A DNA stretch of 64,000 nt from the NCBI GenBank assembly GCA_965655095.1, contig OZ296650.1, forward strand, positions 101,370,001-101,434,000. The letters run 5' to 3'. A program made the position numbers and the translations under genes. The stretch comes from Haplodiscus bocki. Lineage: Eukaryota. Of the stretch, positions 51,800 to 63,735 are shown piece after piece (position 1 is the stretch's first letter; every line of letters starts with the position of its first letter). Below the pieces are notes generated by a model. The model saw nothing but the letters and a program-made list of their open reading frames with translations, ran no database searches and was not told the origin of the DNA.

Positions 51800-53450
51800 C
51801 TAATTAACTGCGATAGTCGGTCGTTCTTGTTACACCTGAGTTTGAATTCATGAGAATTATCGGAGTTATTTATAGTTTTGTTTACTTGTTTATTTTGTAG
51901 CTTTGTGGCCATTTCAAAAATCACTTATACTAGTTCCATTTGTTTGCTAGTATTTCCTTAGTGCATTTTTTTGCGAATTAAAGCTTTGGCTTTATGACCA
52001 ACGATGTAGCCACATCTGTTGATTGGTATTTCAATAGAAAGTTAGTTCCATCTAGCGCGATACAAGATTAAGATTTGGTTCAAATTACAGTCAACAATTT
52101 TTTCGCCATTACTTGCAGGAGTTGGTCGCCATCATTCGGTGGATGAGCCCTAACGTTATTCTCCTCAGAGCACCTTCAGATCGTACTTTCACGCACGCTT
52201 CAGCTTTTTTATGGCTATTTTGAGAACCAACCTCTCTGTGATTTTAACTAATTTCCTAATACTGGCTGAAGCTTCTGATCAACAGACTTTGGTCGCACCG
52301 CTGGGCCGGGAATCTGCTGGCCAGCAGTTGTGAGCAACAATCATGATTGGGGTTTTTGTTCCAACAAACTAAAATGTCTCTCAGGTTGAACCTATTCGGA
52401 ATCTTCTGCTTCCCCAAGTGCCTTGCCTCAGTATAGACAACGGTGGCTGGGATTTAGCTGGATGATTACGTGTCGAGCTGAGAATATTAAATCAATCCAG
52501 ACTGATTCGGCAAAACAACACTTTTGGGGGCAACGCTTGTGTGGGCGGGACCATCTTTGGGTTCACCTCAATGGATTTAAAATACATAACATGCAGCTTG
52601 TGTTTAGGTTCCCTGTTGCTAACTCAGGAAAGAACCTCATTTCACCGACCGCGTTGTTTTTTGCGCAATATCAGTTGCCTTTGACGCCCTGGGCCGCAAT
52701 GACTACGGCTACCCCGGAACTGAAATTGCAAAACGTCAGCAATAGGCAAATGATGGGTGGGTTACAAGTGAGGTCAGTTCCAAAGGGGAGGGTTACCCAA
52801 TCCATCGTTCCAGTAACGTGGCCACGATAATAAAAATTTTGATGAGACACTCTGTTGCAATGATTCTTTCAAGGCGAAAAAGTAGTGCCGTAGAAGAGGA
52901 ATGGTTCAATTAATGTTTTTTTTTAGGATTTTAACCATTTTTCTGACGCATCAGTAGCGTTTGGTCCAGTGACTCTAACAGCAGAACTCCTCTGCCCAAC
53001 AATGTAGTAGGAAACCTTTTTCCGACACAGTGATCTGATTTCGAGTTCTCGTCGGTTAAAAATACGGCCGCTACTGGCTGGCGCTCATGGAAGGTATGTT
53101 AACAATTCAGAATATGCATCTAGCAGTAACGGAATTGAGATTCCCAAAAGGGATGATATTTGGTTTAAATGTTCCATGTAGTTTCAAAAGTGGCATCCAA
53201 GATGGCAGCGATGATGTTGTCGTTGGCAATCTACGCATTGTCAGTCAATTTTGAGAAGTTCTCAAGTTTTACTTCTATTTTTACCCAAGTTTCCCTCTTT
53301 GTATATCTTTTCAGTTCTGTTTACTTCAATTTTTTTCTAATGAAATCTATGTTATGTTTGTTATTCATAAATCGCTCTATGTCAAATTGATCTATATGTC
53401 CATCAGTTGAATTTTGAGCCGTTAATTTTCTAACATGTCTTCCCTGTTTT
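51800..53450 (-). pseudogene. Possible highly decayed LTR-retrotransposon gag (and protease start)
   Basis: Degenerate zinc knuckle NRCGYIVGHKAKA at ~51985-52022. The rest is fragmented and no LTR was identified. Confidence 0.3.
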
Positions 53451-54022
53451 CAGTATCAAATATGTTCTATCTGTTTTCAGTATCAAATATGTTCTATAAC
53501 TTTGCGGCTTGTATATTACTATCAAATCCGGCCTTCGTTTAAAAGACATTCATTAGTATTAGATGACATTAATGAACGTAAAGTGCATTTTTGGTCGGCG
53601 TTTTACGATCAACTAAAAGTGCCCGTCTACTACAGTGGCTAGTTTTTTTTACCGTGTATTCGACAAAAATGACAAGTCGATTCGTGCACCTCCAAAAGAG
53701 GAGTGGTATTTGAGAATGGGCCTGTACTAGTACCACTCCTAAAAAGTACAAACAGTGTAGTAAACGCGAACATATCGTTTTTATTTTCAAAAAAAAATCG
53801 GCCTAATTTTTTTTGTAATACCCCCCTTACATAATTTCACAAAAAAAAACAGTTTCTGAACTATGACTTTCAGGCAGTAAATATTATTAATTCCATCTAC
53901 TATTTTCTTGGTTCTGTGAGACCAATTTTTTTTGGGAAAATTGTGATTATGCCTAATTTTTGTCGGAAAAGTCATATTTTTCCAAAGAACAACGGCGCCC
54001 CATTGATATTCGTGCCTTACGT

Positions 54023-54761
54023 CCCTAGACTTAAAATTTAGCAATTCTTGCAAGAATCTTACAAGATGTCTTGCAAGACAATGCGTTATTCTTGCAGACA
54101 TCTTTCAAGAATCGCTTCATTTTTACAAGTTTCTTGCAAGATTTTAAGGGTGCGTACAAGATTTTTGCAAGAATCGCCTTGAGCGCTCAATATTTTTCAT
54201 CGCACCAAACGTATCAGGTACTTTTCTAAATTATGTGTTTTCCTCTACAAAATGTAGTAACTATTTAAAAGTCGATTCAGAGCCAAGCGTTTCGCGTCGG
54301 TTCAGAAAACGACAAGGAATGATTCTGTTCAAAAAGAACGAGGTAAAATAACTTTGGAGGAAACTGTTTCATTTTATATTTCTTTTCAGACAAATTAGGC
54401 CAATACAAAACATATGATTTCAGAAAATTCCGTATCCCTGATGCTTTTAAACATGTTCGAGTGCAAAATACGTTCAACAGGTGTAAAGTGCATCAAATGT
54501 TACCTCTAATGGTTGATTATGCTTGCTTTTTGGTGGAATGCATAAATTATCAGAACGTAATGTGTATACAGGAAATTTAGATTTCGTATGATTCTTGTGA
54601 TAGAACACAGTTTCTTGCAAGAATGCCATTGCATCCAAGAATGTTGCAATAATGCCACTGCATCCAAGAATCTTGCAAGAATTGAACCTTTTTGTAAGAA
54701 TCTTGCAAGATTTTGCAAGTCAAGAGAATCTTGCAAGAAAGAAATTTTCTGTCAACTAGGG
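54023..54761. mobile_element. CCCTAG...CTAGGG MITE with subterminal cttgcaaga repeats
   Basis: Ends are ccctagac and caactaggg. Clusters of tcttgcaaga at 54045-54175 and 54610-54740. Confidence 0.75.
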
Positions 54762-57700
54762 CTGCGGCGCCCACTTGAACCGTTCCCGGCTAGTTCAATT
54801 TTGCGACAATATCGTAAATTTATAATATAAGCTCTATAAAGTGACTTCCTTTTGGAAAATCTGTTCGAGCGTAAAATTAACAATTACTCTCATTTGAAAT
54901 GTTTTACCGATAGTTGAAAAACTGTAATTTTGGTGCGGGTGGCCCTAAACTGCAATACATGAGAATTAAAAGTTCGTCTTTTTCATAGTTTTAGTTATTA
55001 CTTACGACTTTAGTTGTTGGTATGGCATGCCTTTCCAATCAAATTAATCGGGCTATAAATGGGACAAAATCTATTTTTTGACGGAAATTTTGCTTATAAT
55101 TTTCATAAGTATTTCATTTTCTTGACTTTCGATGTTTCAGGATAACGGAATATTTTCGATTCTCTGGTACGATGAACGGTCACGGGAACGCAGCTCAACA
55201 TTTCTATACCAGGTATCATTTGTTTGGTTTTTGGACAAATTTTGTTGATCTTTGGGCTTTCTGTTGAGGTAAACTTGGCATATCTTTTGTTTGGGTGTAG
55301 CGATACCTCAAGTTTTTCTAAACATGGCTCATCGAGAATGAAAAACTCTGGTGGCCAATATTTCAAGAACAATGAGACGTCATAGAGCAAGCGAAATCTC
55401 AGAGTGAAGAAGAGAAGTGATTTCCAATTTCAGTGGGATCTTTTTTGTCACAGAACCCCAACCCCCCTCACCGAATATAGAAATTCGGCTACTACACAAT
55501 GCAATTTTTTTTGTCCTGTGAAGTTTATCGTTTTTGATGCGTATTCAAGCATCATTATTAGAATTATTAGAATCATTAGATAATTTTTCATCAGTTTCAA
55601 GGTGTTTTAGTCGTATGCCGAAAACGTGAGCAGAGAGGATATTCAAAGATGCCCCATGGAAGTTTACAAAGTTAGAGAGTTTGAATTTCATTATCGTTAC
55701 CCATATTTGTTAGCTTTCTTATAAATTTTCGCAAAAGGAAATTTTATTTTAGTCGTGGAGTTTGTTCGTTTTCGCAATTTTACTCATGAATCAGTAAAAT
55801 ATTAACACGAGTATGTTCATATGTTGCACTCATTTAAGTTTCAGTGGTGCAGTCTAAAATATCAACCTCTTTTTCCATGAAACAAACTACAGTGGTACAT
55901 TTGAAACTTCTAGAGATTTTCTACTCAACTTTTGCGTAAGCGAGTGTTGTATCACAGGCCTCTTTTTCTTTTTTTTTCGATTTGTTCACAACTCGCATTT
56001 GGGCCTTCATTTTAATGTAGCCTAGATTTTGTTCCTGCGCTGTCGTTTTCATCCGAAAAATTGTTCTTCCGCTCTCGCTCAGTTGTAAAAATTTCTTCAC
56101 TTGTTTTTTCCAGCATGCGTGCTTGTTTGAATTAAAAGGCGAATTGAATGCCATAGTCGTTCGTACTTGTTACACTTGTCTATAAATTTATGAGACTTAA
56201 CAGATTTAATTATTTTTTTGCTTGGTTATTTGTTTCGTAGTTTTTGTAGTACCGTGGCGCGTTCCAAAATCAGTTATCACTGTTCAATTAGTTCTCTTGG
56301 ATTCCGTCAGCGCAAGCGTTGCGAAGCACATCTTCGCCTCTGCGTTAATATGAGGTTTTTTTGCCGTCTTACGTTTAAGGAGTTTTTTGCGAGCTAGCGG
56401 TCGAATATCGTCGTTCCCGCAGTGATTCGAGTTCTTGCCAACTGAAGGCACTGTGGATTGACAAAGATTAACTTTATCATACGTTTCTGACTAAGTTCGT
56501 CCAACTTACAAAATCTGGCTTGAAATTGAAAAATCTATATTGTTTTCACCTTCGTCGGATGTAGTTCCTTGACCCACGAAAAATATTTTCCCGAGGAAAA
56601 ACTACATAGCTTTTTTTTTCGCGCTCGGAATTTTCAAAAATTCTCATTTTGAAAGATCGTTTTTCTGAGGAAGTTCTTGTTTTCTTTTCAAACAATTTTT
56701 CCCTGAACCGCAGCAGTAAATAGACGAGTTTTAGTTGAAGCAATTTTTCACCTTTTCCTTTTCCAGTACAGTTGGTCTAAGGTAAACACGGAAGGCTGGA
56801 AATGGAAATGCTGGTTTTAGTTTGTTTCGCAATTAATTTTTCTAAACTCCCGAAATCTTTTTTGACGCTTAATCGAAACATTTGTGTGTTGATTGAATTA
56901 AACGGAGTGTTTTTGTTTCTCAATTGTTTTCTAGGAAAGGCGGTCCCAACATTGCTACATGTATGACGCCTACGTTTGTCAATCTTCCAAATGCTTTGTT
57001 TTAATTAATTAATAATTTTTTGTCATTTAAGACTTTATCGAAAACTTGTTGTTGATAGAGTGACTCCGGTACAGACCTTTTTGGAGATTTCGTCTTTTTT
57101 TTTCGAGAATTGATTGTCCAAACACTGCTACGATTGCGTACTACGGCGATTTGAGTTAGTTTTTGAAGTGTTTCAAACTGTCCCTTGAATTCTTCCCTTT
57201 TGTGACTTCATTTAGAGCCTCCCGAATGTCAATTCCTTTAACTAGAGCCTTTCCCCAGGTTTTTTTTTCAATTTTTGGAAAGTGTGGTCAAAATAGTCCT
57301 AGACATACTTATGACTTCCAGCTCAGTCATTTTTGCCATTACTTTGTCTCTTAAATTACCTTCTGGTTGTTTTCATGACTCAATCGTTAGTTTTTAATTT
57401 CTTTTGATTTGAACCCAATTTCGTCAAACAGTTGGTCCAGATTTATCTTGCTGATCCAAAATTTCTAGTCCAAGTTCTTCACAAGAGTATGATGTCAGTT
57501 TTGATCAGCTTTCCGATTGCCCTCCTTTCAAACTGCCCACTCATTTTCTTTCATTTACGGCTCACTCGACAAGTTTTGTAAATGTGATTTTTTTGAAAAC
57601 AAGATTTTTTCTACATTTGTTTTTGTTTCTCCAGTACAGTCCAGAATAGGGTCGAAATTTTGCTACACTTGCATCTCATTTCGATTTTTAGCCAATTTTG

Positions 57701-58392
57701 AACTAAATTTTTTCTTGCAGGACTGTCTCAATTGTTTCCATTGAAGGTCTCGTCGGCGGTTTATTTTCGCTAGTTGGCCTAATTGGATCAATTTGATCGA
57801 CATTGTGTTCCGATGACCGAAAATTTACTGTCCCAACAGTAGCACAAATGCATGTGGAGTCAAGTTTAGTCGAAATTTTTTCAAGTTTTTTTGCTCTTGA
57901 TCTTCCCACTCAAGTCTTTTTTTTCGCGGCCTCAGCGGCAGCTTTTCGTATGAAAGTGAGTGGATCGTTCGAGAATTTGATCCAATGATCAAAAGTGTTG
58001 ATCCAAACAATGCTACTCATGCCCGTGATGTTTGTTTGTGACAACTTCCCAAAAGCTTTTCCTGCTCAATTAATCCTTCAATAATTTTCCTCTAACACTT
58101 ATCGAAAGACTTTTCTGAGTAGATTATTTTGAGTGGAGTAGCTTTCGGGTTTCTTTTTTGTGGTCCGGGAAAGATTATCCCAGCTTGCTACAACTCAATA
58201 TGGAGGCTACTTTCGTCACATTTCCACATCTTTTCCTGTGAAACTATTCAATTTGTTCCTTTTATTCAGGCTGAATCGAAAGCCTAATGTATGTAGAGAA
58301 GTAGTTTATAAACTAGAATTTGACGCCAAAAGCCGCAGACGCACATAGCCGTCCCATTATTTGACACCAAAATCAAGGACTCATAAGACAAT

Positions 58393-58709
58393 GAATACTA
58401 AAATCTGATTGGTTCGTGAAGGAAATCGGCTGTTAAAGCCATGTTTATTTAGAATTTTTGCTAGATCTCCAAAACAGAACGAATACTGAAATCTGATTGG
58501 TTCGTGAAGGAAATCGGCTGTTAAGGCCATGATTATTTAGAATTTTTGCTAGATTTTTCAACATGGGTTTTGAAAAAAAGATGGTTTTTTACTTTTCTGA
58601 GGAATCACTTTTCTGAGAAATCTAATATGGACGTTCTGTTTGGAGATCTAGCAAAAATTCTAAATAAACATGGCTTTAACAGCCGATTTCCTTCACGAAC
58701 CAATCAGAT
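58393..58709. repeat. 88-bp unit repeated directly (58393, 58481) and inverted (58632-58709)
   Basis: atctgattggttcgtgaaggaaatcggctgttaa...gctagat and its reverse complement. Confidence 0.92.
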
Positions 58710-59779
58710 GGCAGAGATGAGCACATTAAAAACATTAATGATCATTTATGTTTGCATTGAAATCATCAATGTTGATGACAACATTAATGAACCATCAATG
58801 TTACCAATGTATTCTCGACTAGGACCCCATTAGTTTTTACACACTCTTTGTTTTTCTGTGAAAAAAACGTATACTATGGCAGAGTTTTGCAATAGAACAT
58901 TTTGCTTGCATTAGATATGAGTACAACAGACTTCGTATAAAACCTGCCCACATATAAAATAAAGTAAAGTAGTGTTAGAGAAGAAAGGAACTTTTATTTT
59001 TGAATTAATACTGGAACGCTACATATACTTGCGTAATACTCAAAAACAACTGAAAATCATAAATTATGTTTGCAACAAAAATTTCTTGCAATTTTATCTA
59101 GTTTACAATGGTCTTTAATTGAAACTTCTAAAATCATTTTTATAGAATTTAGGACATTTTGCATCACAATTTTTGAATGTTTTGAGAAAACTTTTTATTT
59201 GTAGTAAAAGTACACAAGTAGTATGCAGACCGTAGTTGAGCAGGTGGTTATTACAATTTCAATCATATGAAAAAAAAGCAGGTGAATAATTATAAAAATT
59301 CATTTCAACGAGCAGGTGGTTATCGAATTGATTTTTTACAATTTCTTTCGTATGAAAAAAGCAGGTGGTTATCAAATTATTCATCCATGTACATTTCAAA
59401 TAAGTAGAAAACCACCGCCATTTTTCACATTTTTCAATTTCTCATCAAACGTATACATCAAATTTCACATTGGACTATCACAGCACCCAGAATCTCACAT
59501 GATGACTATCAACTATCCATGAAAACAATCTGAGATCATGAGGATGATGGTATCAGAAGATATTAAATATGATGGTGATCAACTGTCCACGAAACCCATA
59601 CGACGAAAACGACTCAAGATCATGAAGGTGATGGTATCATGGAAACAGAAGAAGATTTTGAGGAAGAAGAGAGTTTTATTCGAAGACATCGTGTGTTATA
59701 TTTTATATTTGATCGTTGGTGTGTTTTAATAAATGTAAGTTTTAGAATTTAATCTGGGGTACTATGTTTTTGCGGGGTT

Positions 59780-60558
59780 TTAGGATCCATTTAAACAAGA
59801 TTTTAGCTTGTTCTTATATGTTTTATGCTCCGTTTAGACAAGATTTTTACAATATAGCCTTTGCCTATATAGTTTAAGAATGGTTTTAGGATCCGTTTAG
59901 GTGAGATTTATACGTTATATCATATGTTTACACGTTTTAGGAATGGTTTTACTGAGTTTTAGCCGTTATAGCCTATGTTTACATGTTTAAGGAACCGTTT
60001 AACTGATCCTTATACATTATAGCCTATCTTTACATGTTTAAGGAACCGTTCAAGCGATCTTTAACCATTATAGTCTATGCTTACATGTTTAAGGAACCGT
60101 TCAAGCGGTCTTTAACCATTATAGCCTATGCTTACATGTCTAAGGAACCGTTCAAGCGATCTTTAACCATTATAACCTATGCTTACATGTTTTAAGATCC
60201 GTTTAACATATCTTTACATGTTTTAGGAATCGTTTAAGCGAACTTTAACCATTATAGCCTATGCTTACATGTTTAAGGAACCGTTCAAGCGATCTTCAAC
60301 CATTATAACCAATGTTTACATGTTTAAGGAACCATTATAGCCTATGCTTACATGTTTAAGGAACCGTTCAAGCGATCTTTAACAATTATAACCTATGTTT
60401 AAGAAACCATTCAAACGATCTTTAACCAATATAGCCTATGTTTACATGTTTTAAGATCCGTTTAAGCGTACTTTAACCATTATAGTCTATTCTTACATGT
60501 TTTAGGAACCGTTTTAACTGAGCTTTATACATTATATCATATCTTTACATGTTTAAGG
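59780..60558 (+). repeat. ~51-bp minisatellite (ttatagcctatgcttacatgtttaaggaaccgttcaagcgatctttaacca)
   Basis: Read directly; units are more degenerate at the edges. Confidence 0.9.
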
Positions 60559-60560
60559 AC

Positions 60561-60620
60561 AGTCACAGGTCAAGTCAAAGGTCAAGTCAAAGGTCAAAAG
60601 TCAAAGGTCAAGTCAAAGGG
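60561..60620 (+). repeat. aggtcaagtcaa tandem array (AGGTCA half-sites)
   Basis: Read directly. Confidence 0.85.
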
Positions 60621-60854
60621 TTAAAACCACTTAAGTGTATTTTTTTTCATTCTCCCACGGTATATACAAATCAAGAAATCAACGAATATTCATATTTGAA
60701 TTCATGTAAGTATACTCTTTCACATTGTGGAATTTTTTTATGAATACCATTGGCGACATACGAAATGAAAAGAATTTCTACGATCATTGCAAAAAGTTTG
60801 AATATAATCACCATTTTGAAAAAATTGATGATGTTTTATTGGAATATGTATACA

Positions 60855-61430
60855 TTATCTATTTCTTAAAATTTCTTTGAAACTGTCATCAGGTTCTGCT
60901 GGAGTGTTATTTAACCAATCACCTCTGACACAAAAAACTAAACGATAATCGTGACTTATTACACCGAATCCGTAGTATTTAAGTATTAGATATTCATAAT
61001 AAGGAGCTTTACTGTATTCAAGTATTTTTAATTTTTCTGGATATTTATCAAGATTTTTGATCAACATGGTTGCTAACATAGTTTTGGGTTGTGATAGATA
61101 GTAATTAAAAGACATATCATTTCTATTTGAATAAAAATTGAACTCAACATTTATCATTTCATCTCTATCGTAATATTTTGATAAAACGCGTTTAGGATAT
61201 CCCATGATTTTTTTGTTATTAATTTTACATACAATTAAAAAAGAATGAAATTTCCGTTTATGTTCTTTAATTATGTCAGAAAGAGTGTTATCAATTTCAT
61301 TAACAAGTATGTTTTCTTTTTTACATATATATTTAACTTCAAACGCTCTTTTTGTATGATTATTAGTACGACAATGTTTTCTGAAATATTTATCTGAATA
61401 ATTTCTGTTACAATTCTGACAATGTCTCAT
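60855..61430 (-). CDS. Intact 191-aa protein with an N-terminal C2H2-like zinc finger
   Basis: CQNC-x9-H-x5-H pattern, TAAATG start, homologue in element 1. Confidence 0.75.
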   Translation of the reverse strand: MRHCQNCNRNYSDKYFRKHCRTNNHTKRAFEVKYICKKENILVNEIDNTLSDIIKEHKRKFHSFLIVCKINNKKIMGYPKRVLSKYYDRDEMINVEFNFYSNRNDMSFNYYLSQPKTMLATMLIKNLDKYPEKLKILEYSKAPYYEYLILKYYGFGVISHDYRLVFCVRGDWLNNTPAEPDDSFKEILRNR

Positions 61431-61731
61431 TTAATTGAACATTAAAACGAATTTACTTGAAGAATATGTTAACTTTGTCGATACTACAAAGAAACGATAT
61501 AAAAAACTATGGATATTTACCATTATACTTGTATTTATACTGTTTATACTTATAATTATAACATTTAGATATATTCAATTATACTTGTAATTATAATTAG
61601 GTATACTTACAAATATATGAGAGATTATACAATCTTAGAATTAATGTGATAATACATTTATATGAGTACATATACTTAAGTATACTTACAATTATATTTG
61701 TTTTTATTTTTGTTTTTTTTAGGTATTTTAA

Positions 61732-62169
61732 ATGAATACTCCTTCATTAAATGAAATAAATAAAACTTCTAATATGGATCCTAATCTGATAACAAGACAC
61801 TATAAATTAAAGCTTATGAATGATTTCATGAATATTAAGTATCAAAATCCAAAATTAAAACAATTTGAGATAGCAGATAAATTAAACATGTCCTCATCTA
61901 CTCTACAGTGATATAGAAATGATATAAATATGCTTTCACCATACAGAATTAACACAAATAACGTTAAAAAACGACCGAAAAAGGCTAAAATCGATGATAA
62001 TTATGACCTCAAAAGACCTCAAATGACTTCAAATGATCTCAAGACGTCTTTAAATGATAATAATAGGAAAACAAAAGTGAAAAACAATTTAAAAGGAGGA
62101 TCTATACAAGATAATATTGAAATAAACGAGCACTATTTAGACAAAATTCTTAAAAATAATAACACATGA
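61732..62169 (+). pseudogene. HTH DNA-binding protein with one premature stop
   Basis: MNTPSL...KQFEIADKLNMSSSTLQ*YRND. The TGA at 61909-61911 is in frame with the 61930 ORF and is probably CGA>TGA. Confidence 0.75.
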
Positions 62170-62266
62170 ATGCTTTTATTCAAATAAGAATTGTACTCAT
62201 ATACGTGTAATTATATTTAGTATACATACTTGTATAACAGTATGATTGTGATTTTGACATATATAA

Positions 62267-62602
62267 ATGGAATTAGCCATGCAATTGAGCTCTAATGATA
62301 AAATAGTTAGAAATGATATTATACAATATTTAAAAGATTTTAACAACCAATCTTTAACAACTCAAGCAAAGAAAGGAGAACAATTAGTTTCTATGATGCC
62401 AGCTATTAAAAAAGCTTTTAATTTAATGGGAGATGACATAGTAGAATTAAGTGTTGAAAACGAATCTTTGAAAAATCAGATAGGTGACTATGATGAAAAA
62501 TGGCTTCAAGAATCAAAAGCAAAGCTATTAAAAGATATCAATGACGAAAAAAGAGCAAGTTTAATTATGTCTAGAATGAAGAAACAGATGGAAAAACAGT
62601 AA
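62267..62602 (+). CDS. 111-aa helical/coiled-coil hypothetical protein
   Basis: Intact ORF with a TATAAATG start. Confidence 0.7.
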   Translation: MELAMQLSSNDKIVRNDIIQYLKDFNNQSLTTQAKKGEQLVSMMPAIKKAFNLMGDDIVELSVENESLKNQIGDYDEKWLQESKAKLLKDINDEKRASLIMSRMKKQMEKQ

Positions 62603-62635
62603 TTTTCTTATACTTGTACAAATAATATTGTATAA

Positions 62636-63064
62636 ATGGCTTATATTAGTTATAATAAATTATGGGAAAGCGAATTTGATGGCACTGTTTCTAAAAGAGA
62701 TAAATTACAAGATTTGAATATTAGTCAATTAAAACTTGAAGTACATGATACTTATAAAAAAGATGAAAAAATAACAACAAACTTTGAACCTGTTGATAAC
62801 GACGATGTTATAAACAAAGGTTACCTAGATTCAAAATTAATGAAAATAGATGGGCACTTATCAAAATTAGAAAAAACTTACAACGAATTCAAAGTACAAT
62901 ACGACAAACAAAATGTAGAAGAAATTTTAATTCAAAGAGCTGTAAAAATAACGATACAAATTTTATATGATAAAGGTTTATTTGATACTTTTCAAAACTC
63001 TGATAGTGTTTTAGAAGACTTTATTTACAACACGACGCAGACCCGATTTAGAGAAAATAAATGA
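62636..63064 (+). CDS. 142-aa protein with a fibre-neck-like motif and coiled coil
   Basis: DDVINKGYLD resembles the DAxNKxYVD motif of viral fibre proteins. TATAAATG start. Confidence 0.6.
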   Translation: MAYISYNKLWESEFDGTVSKRDKLQDLNISQLKLEVHDTYKKDEKITTNFEPVDNDDVINKGYLDSKLMKIDGHLSKLEKTYNEFKVQYDKQNVEEILIQRAVKITIQILYDKGLFDTFQNSDSVLEDFIYNTTQTRFRENK

Positions 63065-63471
63065 TGACATTCAGTGATTTTATTAAAAAACATAATTTAA
63101 AAAACAAAGCAACATCAAATATAAAAATAAAACAAATACTTAATTCTATTGGATTAAAAAATGTTGGAATCTATTTAAGAGATGATCCATTCAAGTCTGA
63201 TATTGGAATAGTCAATTTACACTCGTCAAAAGGCAGTCATTGGGTTTGTTATATAAATGAAAATTATTTTGATTCATATGGTTGTGTCTGTCCAAAGAAA
63301 CTATCTAAATTTATCATAAAACGGAACAGATATTGTCTATATTCTGAATATCAGATTCAAAAAAATGATAGTTATTGTGCGAGTTATTGTTTATAGATAA
63401 TTTATTAAACAAAAGTTTTAGGAATTGATTTTAAATCTGCTGTTTTAAATTTGTATTTTCAAAGATTTTAA
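63061..63471 (+). pseudogene. Adenain-like (adenoviral-type) cysteine maturation protease with two late stops
   Basis: GIVNL...GSHWV...YFDSYG...QIQ...YCASYC gives the H-D-Q-C catalytic order. In-frame TAG and TAA follow the catalytic Cys, and the frame continues to 63471. Confidence 0.9.
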
Positions 63472-63528
63472 AACACATATTAAAAATTTGTATTTGAATA
63501 AGTGTAGTTATACAATTAAATATTTTAA

Positions 63529-63735
63529 ATGGTGTTGAGAAAAATGACTGTTGATAATAGTGTTAGATATATCCCAAAAAGCGAACAAACAAAAAAAATT
63601 AAACAAAACACGACAAAGAATAAAAAACAAAATCGACCCGTTTCAGGAGAAGGTAAACCAAACAAAAAATTTTCAAAAAATAATAAAAATTTTGTTAAAG
63701 ATTTTACATCAGGAGGATTTGGAATACTTAAATGA
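63529..63735 (+). CDS. Small Lys-rich, core-protein-like ORF
   Basis: 68 aa, highly basic, ends SGGFGILK. TAAATG start; stop overlaps the penton start (ATGA). Confidence 0.55.
   Translation: MVLRKMTVDNSVRYIPKSEQTKKIKQNTTKNKKQNRPVSGEGKPNKKFSKNNKNFVKDFTSGGFGILK

Noticed and set aside
53444-53497. 27-bp tandem duplication
   Set aside because: An ordinary local slippage duplication.
56160-58050. Decayed LINE ORF1/APE on the minus strand
   Set aside because: Composition is suggestive, but no diagnostic motif could be read with confidence.
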